From Botryllus schlosseri (lineage: Eukaryota), in contig CM119373.1 of assembly GCA_051294905.1 (NCBI GenBank), forward strand, positions 4,528,001 through 4,592,000: a DNA stretch of 64,000 bases. Reading direction: 5' to 3'. The translations under genes and the position numbers were made by a program. Shown in pieces: positions 40,660 through 54,940 of the stretch (its first letter is position 1; the number at the start of each line of letters is the position of its first letter). The notes beneath the pieces were generated by a model that was not told the origin of the DNA, searched no databases, and saw only the letters and a program-made list of their open reading frames with translations.

Positions 40660-43600
40660 ACTGAGCTATATAAACACTGGAGTGCTGAACTCGCGATATT
40701 TGCGTGATCAATTGACCGCCATCTTTGGGTTAAGTTGATAGTTGCGCGGTAAGCTGGTAGTTATGGCAAAAGTGGTTTGGTGATGTGACTGTTTTGATTA
40801 CTCTTTGACCTGGAGGTATCGATTTCGGTGGTTCGGACAATATAAGGTTATATATGTGTCACCGTATGTATGCATTTGCAAATATCTTCCTGATGTAGAT
40901 TGCTCAACTAGTTGTATCCAGTTAGATAAACATATGCTTCTGCTCAAAAATTCCTGGCATTGAGTGCTGTTTTCACAATTACTGGGATAAGCAAATTGTC
41001 GTGGCATTGATAATCCGATTTGGATATGATACCGTTAATCCTAAGGAAGCTTGGTGATGATGTCTTATCCCTACAGCTTCAATTTCAGGTACTGTGTACT
41101 GTGTATGGCAATTTGATTTGGATATGATGCCATTAATCCTGAGGGAGCTTGCTGATGTTGTCTTTTTACTCATTATAGCTTCAGTTTAATGTACTGCGTC
41201 CTCGAATTGTTGATACAAGCACACACTGTAATTTACTATTCTTACAAATCTTGAAAACCAACAAACAGGCACATTTCAAGTGTAGACAAATAACCAGGCT
41301 ATCAAATTATTGCAATGGATAATGCCAGTTTTGTTGTTATCTTCCAGGTACTGTATCTATAGGTAGTAAAATCATCTATGGCTATGACCACCAGCTTCAA
41401 GTTATTACCGGAGACTGCCTCAGAATTACCCTGGCCTCGATTCGGAATCTTCACACCACAATGGCGCTGATGTCAATGCTATTACTGCCAGCTACGTGGT
41501 GGCTATGAATACCACTGACGGAGGAAAATTCAGCATCATGTAACATGGCAAAGGCACAGCTACAATCAAATTTATACCATCTAATTGTTATTCTATTTAT
41601 TCATTGTGTCAAAGTAGTACAAATATATCCTAGAAAGTGTAAATGGAGATATGTGAGTTATGTGTATAGCAATATTTATATTATTGAATGAGAGAAACAA
41701 GATGAATGCACGAGTCCTTATTTAGATCGGGGTAGAATTGCCTAGTGCTCACTGAAATTGACGCTATGTTGGTTACAGCAATCTGCGCTCTAAGAGTTTA
41801 TTATCGTTATTGATTTTATCAGATCAATCTTCGATGAAAAGATAGCAAGGTAACGCAATGACTTGAGGTACGGTAATCTACAAAATCTACACCCACCTGG
41901 GCCTAGGCTAAGTAAAGAGGAGGCATGTACAGTGTACACTGGATGAAAACTAATAGAACTAAGATATCATAAAAGGTCAAGCGACTAAAAAGAGATAGGG
42001 TGTGACGGAAAGCAAGGTCAATAAATCAGATCAGGCAGGGATCACGCAGTGGCTGCCTATGATCGTTTACTTCCTAGATAGATGAAGCACTCCTACTCGG
42101 TGCGTTTTGGATCAACCATTTCTGGGATCACGAGGTTGCTGCCTACCCGATCACTTTTTCCGGGATCACACGAAACACGGCGCTGTACTGTCTCGTACCA
42201 AAATACTGAGCTTTCGTTTTCATAAACGTCTTTCTATTAGCGAAATATTTTAAAAAATGAAAAAAATGACGAACACAGCTAGAAATACACGTGGCGAGAT
42301 AGCGCAGTGGTATAATCCGCGGCTGCAACACCAATGGGTGCGGGTTCGAGTCCGACCGAGGTCGACTTCCGAATTCCGATACCTAAGTGTTGGAGGTTTA
42401 CCTAGGCTCCTCCTCGCCATCTCATCCGCGTCACCGGTGTCTTACAAAAAAAGCCTAGAGGCGGGCCGTGCTATAAGTCGGCAGTTACGGAAAATGAGAA
42501 GAATACCGGCCTGGTGTAAATGACCATAGTAGTCGACAAACACCATGAATACATCAAAAAACAAACAAACAAATTTTATAAAAAATGAAAAAAATGACGA
42601 ACACAGCTAGAAATACATTCAATTATTTGTGATGCTCTTCATGTTGCCCTCGACGTAATTGACGGTTATCTGAAATTAAAATGTCGAATAAGTCAGCGCT
42701 AAAAAAAACTGATTCAGAGCGGCCTCAGATATTGAGTGAAGTGAAAAGGATAGCAAAATGCGTATAAAACAGTAAAAATAGAATCAGTGTGTTAGCCGGT
42801 GTCTTTCATGGGTTTTAAAGTATGAGTTGGGTATGGAGATGGCGACAAAGGGTCGGCTTTACAGCTTAACGATGGTCAATTCCAGAACCTTTGAATGAAA
42901 AAGAGAACAGCCACGAGCAAGTATGGACTATAGTGACAGTTATTACTATATGTGTACAGAGAGTTCATATCATATGAAATTGACGATTCACAGTTTACAA
43001 CAAAGGTATTGACCACTGAATGCAGCCTTATGACAGAATGATGTAACAAAATTGTTATCCATCTTTTCAACGACAACATCGGAAAAGGGTAACGAATTGT
43101 CATTTTCTTCCTCAATGTAAGGGTTAAGGTCATTCAGCAAATGAATCACCTTGCGCCTCAGTATTGAACATGTAACAGGGGTGTCATCGCCATAACGAAG
43201 GTAGCCAAATTATTAAATCAATATTACCGCCCAATCGGTACTAGTATAGAGAATCTATTTTATTGGAAGCCTATAGGTAGGAGACCTTGAAAAATATTTC
43301 TGAATCAATAAATTGACAGTTATAAGGACTATAGATGAACTCTATAGACTATAGATTTGTAAATTCCACAGTATTTGTTTAGCATCTGAAAAAGATATCC
43401 TTTTTAACTATGCTGAAGAAAACCCATAGGCCATTAATTACATCTTTTCCTTATAGTCCTACTCTTGCCTACATAGCATAAGCAAGAATTGAATACTGAA
43501 CTGATTATTGGCCGTCTGCTTGTACGCGATCATGGACAGAATACAGATACAGATTATTACAGATATTGATGATGACCATTACATAGCTGATATAGTGACA

Positions 43601-44169
43601 CGGATTTCTGCTGGTAGTCTGGTCTGGTCATTTCATTCATATAACTGCGACGAAATGTTCTGCTGTCACTTTACCATGACCTATATTTATTACAACTGTG
43701 GCTGATCTGGACATGTCTGGCTGCTATACTTATTCTGTTATTCACTTACCAGTGGAAAGTTCCGGGGTATCGACGCTTTACCATCGACTCTTCATCACTT
43801 GTGCCGTCACTGTTACTTCTTGCATACGACTCATTGGATATCTTCTTCCGCCTTTTACAGCACCCATAGGCACAGCAAAGACTACCACCTGCAGAACGGA
43901 CGATCTTCGACATGTCGAATTATACAGAATATCAACATACGGGCACGAGATATTGGGCTGAATCAAATCTGAATGTCAGAATAATTAGTCATTCAAAGCT
44001 CCATACGCACAAAATACTACAGACCCAATACGAATCAAATATATTTAAACACTGACCGCTTTTCCATAAGCCCATGTACTAAATCACTTAACCCTGTACC
44101 CACAATGCATCTGCACATGGGGATCACCCAAATTTGCTTAGTCGGAGATAGCAGTAGTTCGGGGCTTGG
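40660..44169. other. Unclassified ~3.5-kb insertion splitting the linker exon of copy B
   Basis: Homology to the 24425-24598 exon stops at ~40659 and resumes at ~44170; tcgctgcc / tcgctacc at the junctions. Confidence 0.7.
42290..42573 (+). mobile_element. Full-length tRNA-derived SINE (GCA anticodon-like loop) with (AAAC)n tail
   Basis: A box tagcgcagtgg, ctgcaa loop, B box ggttcgagtcc; tail aaacaaacaaac; further fragments at 30356 and ~48548-48600 (minus). Confidence 0.85.
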
Positions 44170-44993
44170 TCGCTACCGACACGACGGCAGCGCCGTTCAT
44201 CGTTCACTCTTCGACAACGGAAGACCACGATTTGACGACTCCAATCTTAAAGAATGCAAGTGCGTTAATAATATATGGTAGCCTATATATTATATCAATT
44301 CTGATAGGAATGTCCAATTGATCGCACAATGTTCACATGTTCCGATATCGTGGTATCCGATGCGTTTGATGCGGTGGTTAAAGCCTATGTTTCCGATATG
44401 TAAGCATCATATGTAAGCATCTAAAAAGGAATCATTTAAGGAGGATTTGAATCGCCAACAATCGAGCATGAAGTGTCCAGAATACAGCCCATCGTTGAAT
44501 ACCGTTTTACAGTAGGTTCCCAATCACACAGTAGATTCTCAATCACTCTCACTTCGTCGAAAGCCAATACATGATCAGTGGTTTCATATTTTTTAATTTT
44601 TTGAAAATTCTTCATATGTATTTAATATTAAAATAATGTTATGGTACTTATAACAGCTTTGGTCTTTCGCACCACAAGCCAATAAATTCCATCAATAACT
44701 GAAGCTAAATTGCAAATTCAGTAGGCCTATAAGATATTCTCCGAGAAAATTTAATTGTCAATAATTATATACGTCGTCCCGAGGAAGCTGCAAAGTCGAC
44801 TACGTGTTGTTAGATGTCGGTGTCCGTCCATAACTTGTCCAAGTTGAATAGGATTCTCTTTCGCTGTGCAACGCTTCTTAGTATCTGTCTGCGTTTTTCC
44901 AGTAGGCTACCGACAATCCACAGAAAATGACGTAACCTACGTCTTCTATGACTCTACAATGTCCAGCAAGAGGCGTTGCAGAATCCCCTATTA

Positions 44994-46160
44994 CAGTGGT
45001 CGGGAACCTATGGCTCGAGAGCCATATATGGCTCTTTTGGGTACAAGATATGGCTCTTTGCCAAATATGTATTTTTTTCTACCGAATTGACCAATATTGC
45101 AGCGACTTGTTAGTAAATATTCATCACGGCCAGGATAATTATTCTCGTGGCAGTATAAACATGTCGCTGAGAGGTAAAGACAATTCCGTCTTCGGGTATA
45201 GGAGCTCGGACACCCTCTTTTCTAAATCCTCAAATGTAAGTTACTGTTGCGCCGGCGACCATTATATCACTCGCGAATTCGAGGTACCCGACTCTAAATC
45301 TTGGATTGCGCGATACGTTGATTGATCAAAGAGAATAGCAGACATGGGGACGCCCATATCACAACGCAGTTTTCAGATAAACATTGTCTTCCTGATTTAC
45401 GGCGCGAAATGAACCGCCGTAAACGTGACATTCACATATGCAAATTGGAAATACAAACAACGCCATAGCTATCCATTTTCTTGATTTGTTAGTAGCTCTA
45501 TAGCAGTAGGGTTACCATACGTCCTCCATTTGGAGTATTTGTCCTTGAAAATGTCCTCCGAGGACGCCTAAATGTCCTACTTGGCAATTTGTCCGACTTT
45601 ACAGCTTTCAGTGGCGAGGCTTGGCCCGTCTGTACCGTACCGCTCGTTTTGCGTTTTATTTTCGAACGAAAAATATGCAAATTATGTAAATGTGGAGGGA
45701 AAATGTTCAAAATCTAGTCATTCATGAATATGAATAGAAAATACCAATAGTAATTGAAGGTTTCACAATTTTAGTTCACTCATCCTGACGACAGGTGAAG
45801 CACTGCCTCACTTGCCTCCCGTGACACCTCGTCCCTAATGTATCACAGCTTAGAGTGCGTAGGCCAATATACTGCTGTAGTGACCATGTTTGGCTTCGCC
45901 TACGCATGTGATCATGTGTTATCGCATTTAAAAGGAGCATACTCAAATAAGGCAACCAGCATGATTAGTACGAGTTTTCACTGAGAAAATGTGACGCACA
46001 CGATTAATGCCATGTAGTGAGTTTGAATGAGTGCTACCATGACGTCAAACATTTGCAATTGTGACGTAATATTTGATTGACATGTATGGCTCTTTGGGAG
46101 TTAGAATGGAAAAAATAGGGTTAATATGACTCTTCGAACAAAAAAGGTTCCTGACCACTG
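44994..46160. mobile_element. Charlie-like non-autonomous hAT containing further MITE fragments
   Basis: TIRs cagtggtcgggaacct / aggttcctgaccactg; TSD ccctatta / ccttatta; tggctc subterminal repeats. Confidence 0.8.
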
Positions 46161-47464
46161 CCTTATTATGTGGTGTTGTTCATTCAATCCGCAGTGTCCC
46201 AATCGTAGATTCAGTTGCCTTGTTTACGACTGACGCCGTTATCTTGTCAATTTTCTCACTAATAAAGCGAACCAGCCTATATGAGCCGAGGCCATTTCAC
46301 CGCATCTACTCGAGATATGCAAAATGATTCAACTCATAGTGTTATATGTGTGCGATGATATAATGCATGGTTGTGGAAGCTTTATTGCAATCGGGGCACA
46401 TATCTACAGCGATGTGAAATCGTGTTTCGCACATTTTTATCCGAAGACTTTTTAGTTATTGTATGGAAAATAAATGCATATTTCCGGTCAAAAATACAAG
46501 AGACCACACGTCTTCATTCAGAATTAGTAACGACAAATAACCGCGAAAAAATCATTCGTTTAAATTGAAGTGTACAACACACTGCCACAAGTGCTGTTTC
46601 GCAAATTACCAAGATAACAGTCTACCACCGCATGAAGTGAAGAAACGTTATTGCAATTTCTGCAATTTTGTCAAAAATGTACATGTACTCTGTATTTGAA
46701 TTAGGTACATGGATATTTCAGTAAATTTTATGGACCTTTACCTTTGATATTCCGCGTGTGACATGATGTAGTAGGCTAGTGGAGAAGTTGATAAAAATCT
46801 TGTTAATAATAATGAAAAGAGTAGCAAGAGCAACAATGATTATTTAATGGTATATGCGGTTGTCCTATACTGCAGTAAAATTATCTCATTGCTTTGGGCA
46901 AATAATATGAGGATGATTAGGAATCTTCGGTCAATTTGTATTCTACCAACGAATTTGTTCCCCACTATACAATTTCCAGACCCGTAGTTGGCGAGACCTA
47001 TGTTGAAAAATTGTTTCACGCTGCGACAGAGACATATTAAATGGTTACAAGTAGAGTCAGGTCGAATTCAAAGTAAGAGGAATAGGTTACACGCGCAGCA
47101 AATTACAACTGGTTAAATCCTGTTTTTCAAGACGCAGACGCGTGAAAATGACGTATGATTTCATATCTGACGGTCGTTACACTATATTTTGAAATGACTT
47201 CTACGATACAATTTGACATGGTGGAAATTTGAAATAATATAATGTGTGAATAATATCGCCTTTATACATTTAGGCGTATAGGGACATGAAGAGGGCATTG
47301 TATGGTAATCGTCATTGCCATAGGAAATCAGTTATACAATTAAACAATGATACTTGTAGTAACAGGAATGAACACAGTAATGTCGGTTTAAATCAAGTTT
47401 GTGTCGACAATGTAAGGGTGGTTGGATCATCGTTTACTGATTCGTTGTACACTTTATATTTTAG

Positions 47465-48104
47465 AATGCATCGTTTACGTTCTCAAATTCCCGAATAAAG
47501 CTCACAAAGAATACGCGAAGTTTACCGGTTCTTTACCGGAGATATCATCGCTCACTGTTTGCGCCTCGGTAAAGCCGGAGAGTCTAAATGATTTCGTTAA
47601 CGGGTCGATAATTAGTTATTGCACCGAAGGCACGACACATTGCAACACATTTGTAATGATTTTAAACGAAAAAAATTGAGGGCGTACATCAATAGCGCGG
47701 AACATTTGTTTGACCCCGTTCCCCAAATTACAAGTTCTTCGCACATATGTATCGTCCTGGAGATGGGATCACTCGCGTACTAGGTCAACGGATCTGAGTA
47801 CCTACCAGGTAACAATGTAGGACATGCGGCAAGCATATCGGGAGGTGGCGTGCTTATCTTTGGTCAGGATCAAGATGGCAAAGTCGTTGGAAACTCTCCG
47901 GGAAATCCCAATGAAGCAGATCAAGGATTTCGCGGAGAAATGGAAGGATTACATCTTTGGAAAAGAGCTCTGAAGAAAGCAGATATCCAATACTTGAATA
48001 ATTCACGATGCAATTGCGTGCCGGATTCTGTAATGACTTTCAACGACACGAACTTGATCTTGCACAAAAACGTGGGCTATAGGTACGATGGTCCGTTTGA
48101 CTAA
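47465..48104 (+). pseudogene. Pentraxin exon, copy B
   Basis: Paralog of 26837-27462; frameshift in the A-run at ~47670 and premature TAG at 47781-47783. Confidence 0.9.
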
Positions 48105-49341
48105 TATATGTGATTGTAGATTATGGGTTATTGTCAACTTTACTTCTCCAATGTCAATATCTGAATAGGATGCAATGCAAATATTAAGTATATTTCACAG
48201 AGCTATAGCCTTCGTTTAATAATCATGTAAAGTAGTTGAAAGTATGAATTTACGAGGATATCGAAATACTAAGCGTACATCTTGCAGAATAAGTAGTCTA
48301 CCGTTGGGGATACATTCCTACTAACGAAAGGTCCTTAAATCGATCTAAAATAAACGTGGTATTTTAGCCAGCTGTAACGGCTTCCTTCATTCGTATATCA
48401 TGTAATTGTGAATTCCAGAATGATATCTATGTTAACGTCGTAGTTTTCCTAGCGACTTAACGTAATCGTGAGGGTGATTTCTGTGTTAACGTTAGATAGC
48501 CTACATCTATTTGAACCGTGATCACATTTTTTTTTTTGGGGGGGGGGGTATTCATGGTGTTTGTCGACTGCTATAGTCATTTAGACCAGGCCGGTATTCA
48601 CATGATAATGACTTATACTTGTGTGTTTGTTTTTTGTGCAAAAATACAGCTGTGGGTATATTGTATTTCAATAGTTATAGATTGACGTTATGACTGTTAT
48701 CAGAACAAGGCCGATCGGAAAGAGTTCGACCATACGTTAACTTTTAGATTGGCTGAATGGACACTGCGCTCATAATATGATGTATGGTCACAATCTCAAA
48801 CCAAAGATGAGATCATGAAAAACATTTTAGCCGCAGCCATTTTCTTCAGAAATCCACCGTAGAGGAACTGTAGCGATACGAAAATTCCAACTATCCCCAT
48901 TCATATCTAGTTAAATAAATATTTTTATGGTGGCGCGGCTGCGAGTCTTCGCTACTTAATCTGCTGCAAAATTACTGGCTCCTTGTCATTTGCAGTTGCT
49001 CGTCCCTGTTCCTCTATGCGACCCTCATATTCTAGTCACATTATTTCTTTAGGTATCAAATCAGTTTGGCGAGAGGAGATATGCGACGAAGAATTAACTG
49101 ATTTAGCATAATATCGACCTACTAAGTCTAACTACCGAAGCTAACCGCGTTCTCATTAGCTGCCATTTGATATTGAAAACAAGCTCATATGATCTGTTCG
49201 CGTTCACAAGAATAGCCAGAGAGTTTGCGGTCGCCGTTAGTAGGCTAGTGCACTACGACGGACACTATAATATCGAGTCCAATGAAGATTTACACTCTTG
49301 TGTCCAGCAGCTTTTCGTGTTGCCTGTCTTGACGGTGACAT

Positions 49342-49470
49342 ATGAATGAATGAATGAATGAATGAATGAATGAATGAATGAATGAATGAATGAATGAATG
49401 AATGAATGAATGAATGAATGAATGAATGAATGAATGAATGAATGAATGAATGAATGAATGAATGAATGAA
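49342..49470. repeat. (TGAA)n microsatellite
   Basis: About 32 perfect units. Confidence 0.98.
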
Positions 49471-51463
49471 CAAAATGAAATGACAACTGCATGTGGTTTG
49501 AGCACTGTATAGCCATGATAGTACAATGTTGACAAATCGACGGACTACCATGATAATTTGTAGCTCTTGCTTCTAGGTGTTCTTTTGATATCAATACGGC
49601 TGAAGAATCCATGAAGCACAGCTGGAGCATATTTTTGCTTTTGTGCAGTAAGTAATGCGTTGATCTTTCTTTTCTTGCAATTAAAATACAGTTTAAGTGT
49701 ATTATGCACCTATAACTCCAATGTGACTACAGATGACATGATAACCACGGTTGCTAAATATCACCACACCGCTTTGTGTGTGTTCCAGTTATTGGTCTGA
49801 GTTTACTTAGAATGAAAAAAATCGGTCTGTCTGTCGGTTGTATGACAATCTGTTTTCCGCACATACGTGTTGCTGAAATGTGCCCACTGCCCACGTCTCA
49901 ATGTAATTATATGGGTATAGTGATGTCGTCTTTTATGAGGATTTGACGTCTTCCCTCAAGAATAGTGAATGGCTCATCGATGAAGCACTAATGTCATCGG
50001 TTTTTGCATTTCATTAGCGTGCTTGTACTTTCAACGAGACTTTTAGGCATTTAGGCATTTATTTACAGAAATACTGTAGCAATGAAACACTTTAAATTGC
50101 TGGCCTGAAAAAAGTTTTTCCAGTATCTTTCCTAGTAAACCTTATTTGACGGGATGAAATTGTCCGACTGACTTCCATCACACAGGTTTCGGGTATACTC
50201 CTGACAAGTTGTCTATGATCGTGTCATTACGCAAGTCACATCAACATCCCGTTAGAGTTATCTTTTGATATTGGACCAGATAAATAACAAGAAAAACATA
50301 ATCATGAATTTGTCGAAATAACACAAATGTCTAATCGCCGGACAACCCAGAGAATGCCAATGGTTGCCATACCGACTTGCTTAGATAGCGAAGTACCAAG
50401 CTACGAGCTTCTGATCTGTTACTGTTCTCCATGACACGCACATAGTTTGCTGCGGCCCGTTCTGTAACGATGTCATGGCGTTGCCATTTACAAGTCCGTC
50501 TCTGATTTTCACGTTTTACCCGAGTCGGGTCAATTTAATAAAACATACAATCAAAACGAAACTCGTGTATATATTTCACTTATTCCATGATCGTGTGTTA
50601 TTTCACACCCAGTCGCGTAAGTAATTGTGAGCCTAATACATATTGAGATATAAAGCAGGGGTGCAAAGGATGATGTTTTCGTGCACCATCACAAATAAAT
50701 GGTTACGCGTGAATGGAACCGACTACGCCGCTGGAATATATGGACTCAGACGCATGCGTCAGTTTTTTCATTTACAATTTACGCCAATTGGTATGGATGT
50801 AAAGGATGAATAACGTAGCGAAACTTGTGGGAATGTGGGACATGAGGTAAATCATCGTGCAATTTACGTGTAATGTGGGATAGGATTAACATAGCTGGGC
50901 CCAGATCATGATCATGTATTTGAAAATATGCTTAATGATGCATGAGTTCTGATCAACTTCCCGCGTATGTTGTACATTCTACATTGTATATTCTACAAAC
51001 AATGTATATAGGGAAACTTGAAATAGGCTTAATGACATATTTACCACAAGTTTACATATCGTCAAAATGGGCTTGCTCAGTCTTATTCAGAATGTAGCAA
51101 TCTGTGTCTATTTGCATGACTGACCATTGTTCAATCTTATGGAGTCTTACGCATCAACTTCTGTTTTCGAATTGAGACAAGACAATAGAATAGCTATGTT
51201 GCAATGATCACTTCCTCGTAATGGAGAGGAATTTGTGATATTGCCATCGGCATGCATTTACTTTCTGTAAATATACTGGCAGCTATGACGAGTTACAGTG
51301 TAAAAATGTTGATAATATTGTAGTGTCATGTTACTGGTGGGAGTGGCAATTCAAGCTGTCACGTTGTCATAGACTAAATATAACTAAGCGCTATTGAAAA
51401 CTAAGTCGTATTTGTATACATCATGCATTATAGGCCTATACAGCAAGAAGGGTGTATGCATAT

Positions 51464-51716
51464 TGTTATGTTCTTGATCTTGTTGAACAATAACTCAATA
51501 CGACAAGGTTGCAATATGAAATCAGTATATTATCAGCAGAATAACTTTAAGGCAGCGACACGATCCACAGTACAGTTAAACGAAAGACCCGTAGACAACA
51601 GAACACAGGGTATAAATACGAAGCACGACACACGAAGAAATAATGATTGGCGGTAATTACTAATCCTAGACAAATAAGAGGCAAACGATACCAACGTAAA
51701 ATGCATGAACATAACA
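51464..51716 (-). repeat. 3' LTR of the Gypsy element
   Basis: tgttatgttc...gaacataaca; direct repeat of 60376-60629. Confidence 0.95.
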
Positions 51717-51749
51717 GTCCACCCTTGTAAGTTAGGAGTACAAGGTAAT

Positions 51750-52182
51750 TTACGTTGGCCGATAGAAATCAGTTTGGGTCCTAATTCTAAGCGAATAACG
51801 TCTGCCCGACGTTCGAGCAGGACTAGCTGCAGGACGTTGTGCCCTATTCCTGACCAATGGTTGATCAGCTTGGGACTGTTGAGGCTGAGCAACTTCCTGT
51901 GTGGCTGTATCATTACTTGTGGAAATCAAGCGTGGTTGGAGTTGGTTTTTATGCCTTCTCCCATACCCATGATCTGTTTTTATGATGTACACAACACGCC
52001 CCAGTATTTCCGCCACCACGCCAGCAACCCACTTTGGTCCTCGTCAGTAACTGCGAGCGTAAACAGAGGAACCAATCTCGTCTAGGCGTAACGGGTTTCG
52101 ATTTATCGAAGGGCGAGCACAAACTTAACAAATTGTTCGGCTGCCGACCATGTAAAATCTCAGCAGGCGTTTTCCAGTCTAT
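51750..52182 (-). pseudogene. Gypsy integrase C-terminus, separated from the core by the Harbinger
   Basis: IDWKTPAEILHGRQP...GPKWVAGVVAEILGRVVYIIKT..RRHKNQL; continues YRCAPHPS from 56573. Confidence 0.9.
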
Positions 52183-52527
52183 AAGCCCATTTACATGGCC
52201 GTTTGGGTCAGCTTCGAAGCTGACTCGTCGATCCGACTCTCTCGTTTTTGAAAAAGAAAAAAAGGCAAACTGCTTCAATCCGTCTTGAAGCTCAATCCGT
52301 TCCGCAGAGTCGCTTGGGGACGGCTTGAAGCCTGAAGGCCAGGAAGTACCGGTAAACAAACATACCTTGGTGTTGGTGACGCGGGTGAAAGTATATTGGG
52401 CGCATCGCTATTTTTAGTTATGTCATGCAGTTGCAGGTGGTTAGGGAGTTAGCTGCTATTGAACAGGATATTACCGTACTGAATTTTAATATTCTTACAG
52501 ATAATTGAGGTTTATATTAATAAAATA

Positions 52528-54368
52528 ATGCTTACTGAATATGAGAAACTCGCAATTTTGTTCGCGATCAAATTTGCGATAGATTCCATCCATCAAATCA
52601 TATCAACACCAAATATAGATCATCACCTGAGAATAATGTCATCATATTTGGAGCTACAAGGAAATCGTTTTGGAAGGATTTGGATGCATGTAAGGTGTGT
52701 ATACCGGTCAAAGAATTTACAATCTGAATTGAACAGTGTTCAGTCAACGCATATGCACATAGTCCCTATAATAATGAACTGCTCACCGACCACAGCGGGG
52801 TGACCACTGGTTTATCGGGTATTTCTAACTTTATAGGGCTGGGAAGTATTGGGAAACTGACGTAATGTCTTACAATGATGCACAGTGGATTGAAAATTTC
52901 AGGATTACAAAAGAAACTTTCACCAGCCTTGTGCATCTTGTTTATGATGATATGAAGCCAGGTACGTTGTATTGTTTCGGCGCATTCACACTTCAACATG
53001 CCACTTCTTTCCTAGCTTCAGTCCTGGTATTTTCTGTTACAGATTTGAGTACAAACGTTGCCAAATGAGAAAATATGTGTCCTGTTCAGTTATATTAGAC
53101 AATTATTGTGATCTCTGACTATAGCCAAGAGAAACATGCTATGTGTATGGTGTTTCAAGCTGTCTAAGCAATCTGTTATCATCTTTTTATATTTGTATCA
53201 GATGATGTGACTGTACGCGAGCCAATCTCCGCAGAAAAGAGAACTGCAATTGGTATCTATGCCTTGGCGTCGTCAGCCGAATACCGAACCATTGCCCATA
53301 CCTTTGGCGTCAGCAAATCTTCTGTATGCAATTGTGTCAAACGGTAAGCCTGCATACACAAAAATGATAGGATTATCACAACTGAAAGCAACTTTAATTT
53401 CTGTTATAGTTTTTGTACAGCCATTACAAAGCGGTTGCACCTATTTATTTCTTGGCCAAGTTTGGGGGAAGCTAAAGAAATCGCAGCGCGTATAGAAAGA
53501 GAACACCACTTTCCTCAGGTATCTTACTGTAGCGAAAAATCAATCTACTGGAGTTTTTTTCAATGTTCATGTCTTATAGGTTATTGGATGTATTGATGGG
53601 ACACATATTCCTATAGCTGCGCCTTCTGAAGGAAAGAAGGATTACACAAATCGTAAAGGTTGGGACTCCATTATACTTCAGGCAGTTGTCGACGATAAGT
53701 TCATGTTAGTATATTTTGTATTTTACCTAGGTCTAGTGATATTTCAATGACCTAATCATTACAGGTTTCGTGATATAAATGTTAAATGGCCTGGCAGCAC
53801 CCATGATGCAGCGGTCTTTGCGGAGTCTGGCTTATTCAAGCATTTTGACAAGTTACCAAAGGTTTGAAATTTCTGTTCTCTCACATGATTCACTCTCGGC
53901 ATCACCCTCTTTTTCCAGGCACCAATCATCTTGAATGGACAGCAACTTCCATTGCTGCTCTTAGGGGACCCAGCTTATCCCCTTCTACCGTGGTTAGTCA
54001 AACCTTTCATCGGACAGGGAATTGCGCCAGAAAAAGAGTCGTTCAACGTGTATCACAGTAGTGTGCGTATATGTGTAGAAAACGCCTTTGGACGACTAAA
54101 AGCCAGATGGCGCATTCTCGGCCGCAAGATCGGGACTTCTGTCGACACGATACCAGAACTGGTTTCGACTTGCTGCGCATTACATAACCTTTGTGAAAGG
54201 AATTCCATCGCCATTCCTCATCACACTGGACCTGTGAGCGCTTACCAGCAGCCGCCGACCAACGCAATACCACAAACCGATCTGCATCACGAAGGCCACA
54301 ATGTGCGACAAGCTATAGTTGAACATTTGAACAGTACGCAGTCACTAAGGCGGTCATTTCGCATATAG
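52528..54368 (+). CDS. Harbinger DDE nuclease (HARBI1-like), 7 exons: 52528-52694, 52837-52961, 53202-53343, 53410-53518, 53580-53704, 53765-53861, 53919-54368 (404 aa)
   Basis: All GT-AG, phases consistent, no stops. Motifs [81 protein letters not shown]. Confidence 0.92.
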
Positions 54369-54533
54369 GATAGGCGATGTTGGTTGTCACCTTGGATTGA
54401 CAAGAGCAAATTCTTGACTATGTATGATAGTGCCTGGACATTTGCTCCATGTACATTAGTTGGTATGTTCATTAATAGTGTTATGAATTAGTCTGTAATT
54501 ACTGTTAGCATCTGAACTAGTGTCCCTCTAAAT

Positions 54534-54940
54534 CAGTGGTTCTCTACCTTTTTATCTTCGCGGACCCCAAGTTTTGGTTCAAATTTAGCTCATGTACCGT
54601 GCAATCTGTGTTTTGCGAATATTAACTGTAGGCTAGTGACAAACAGCAGCTCATCTTGAAGTTGTTTTGGAATAGTGGTTATGGATACCACAGGTAAATT
54701 GACTTTGCAAAACAATTGAATCACGCTCATTGACCTTACTATTGCTACTATTTTATCAACAAAATATCTCTAAACAGCAATATGTTTGTTTCATTAGGCT
54801 ATTTCATCTCAGATGGTCATTCGGTTGATGCAGTAATGAAGCGAAACTACCTCGTAATTTCTCTATTTTGAAAATAAAATATGGTTACCAATCATTTTGT
54901 AAATTTAGACGTTTCGCAGACCTGCAGTTGAGAACCACTG
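54534..54940. mobile_element. Charlie-like MITE between the two Harbinger genes
   Basis: cagtggttctc / gagaaccactg; flanks ctctaaat / cttaaatt (degenerate). Confidence 0.75.

Larger units (their letters stand above)
37680..48104 (+). pseudogene. Pentraxin gene copy B (pseudogene), disrupted by several insertions
   Basis: Colinear paralogy with 22640-27462; the SEA-like exon is split by a MITE, the linker exon by a 3.5-kb insert, and the pentraxin exon is broken. Confidence 0.8.

Noticed and set aside
42292..42362. tRNA-Cys-like gene
   Set aside because: Poor acceptor stem and continues into a repeated body and tail; it is a SINE head.
49237..49630. FIHS-repeat ORFs
   Set aside because: Microsatellite translation.
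50185..50425. Inverted homology to ~21775-22145 as part of the gene duplication
   Set aside because: The matching region lies inside the 21409-22573 transposon, so it is a repeat fragment.
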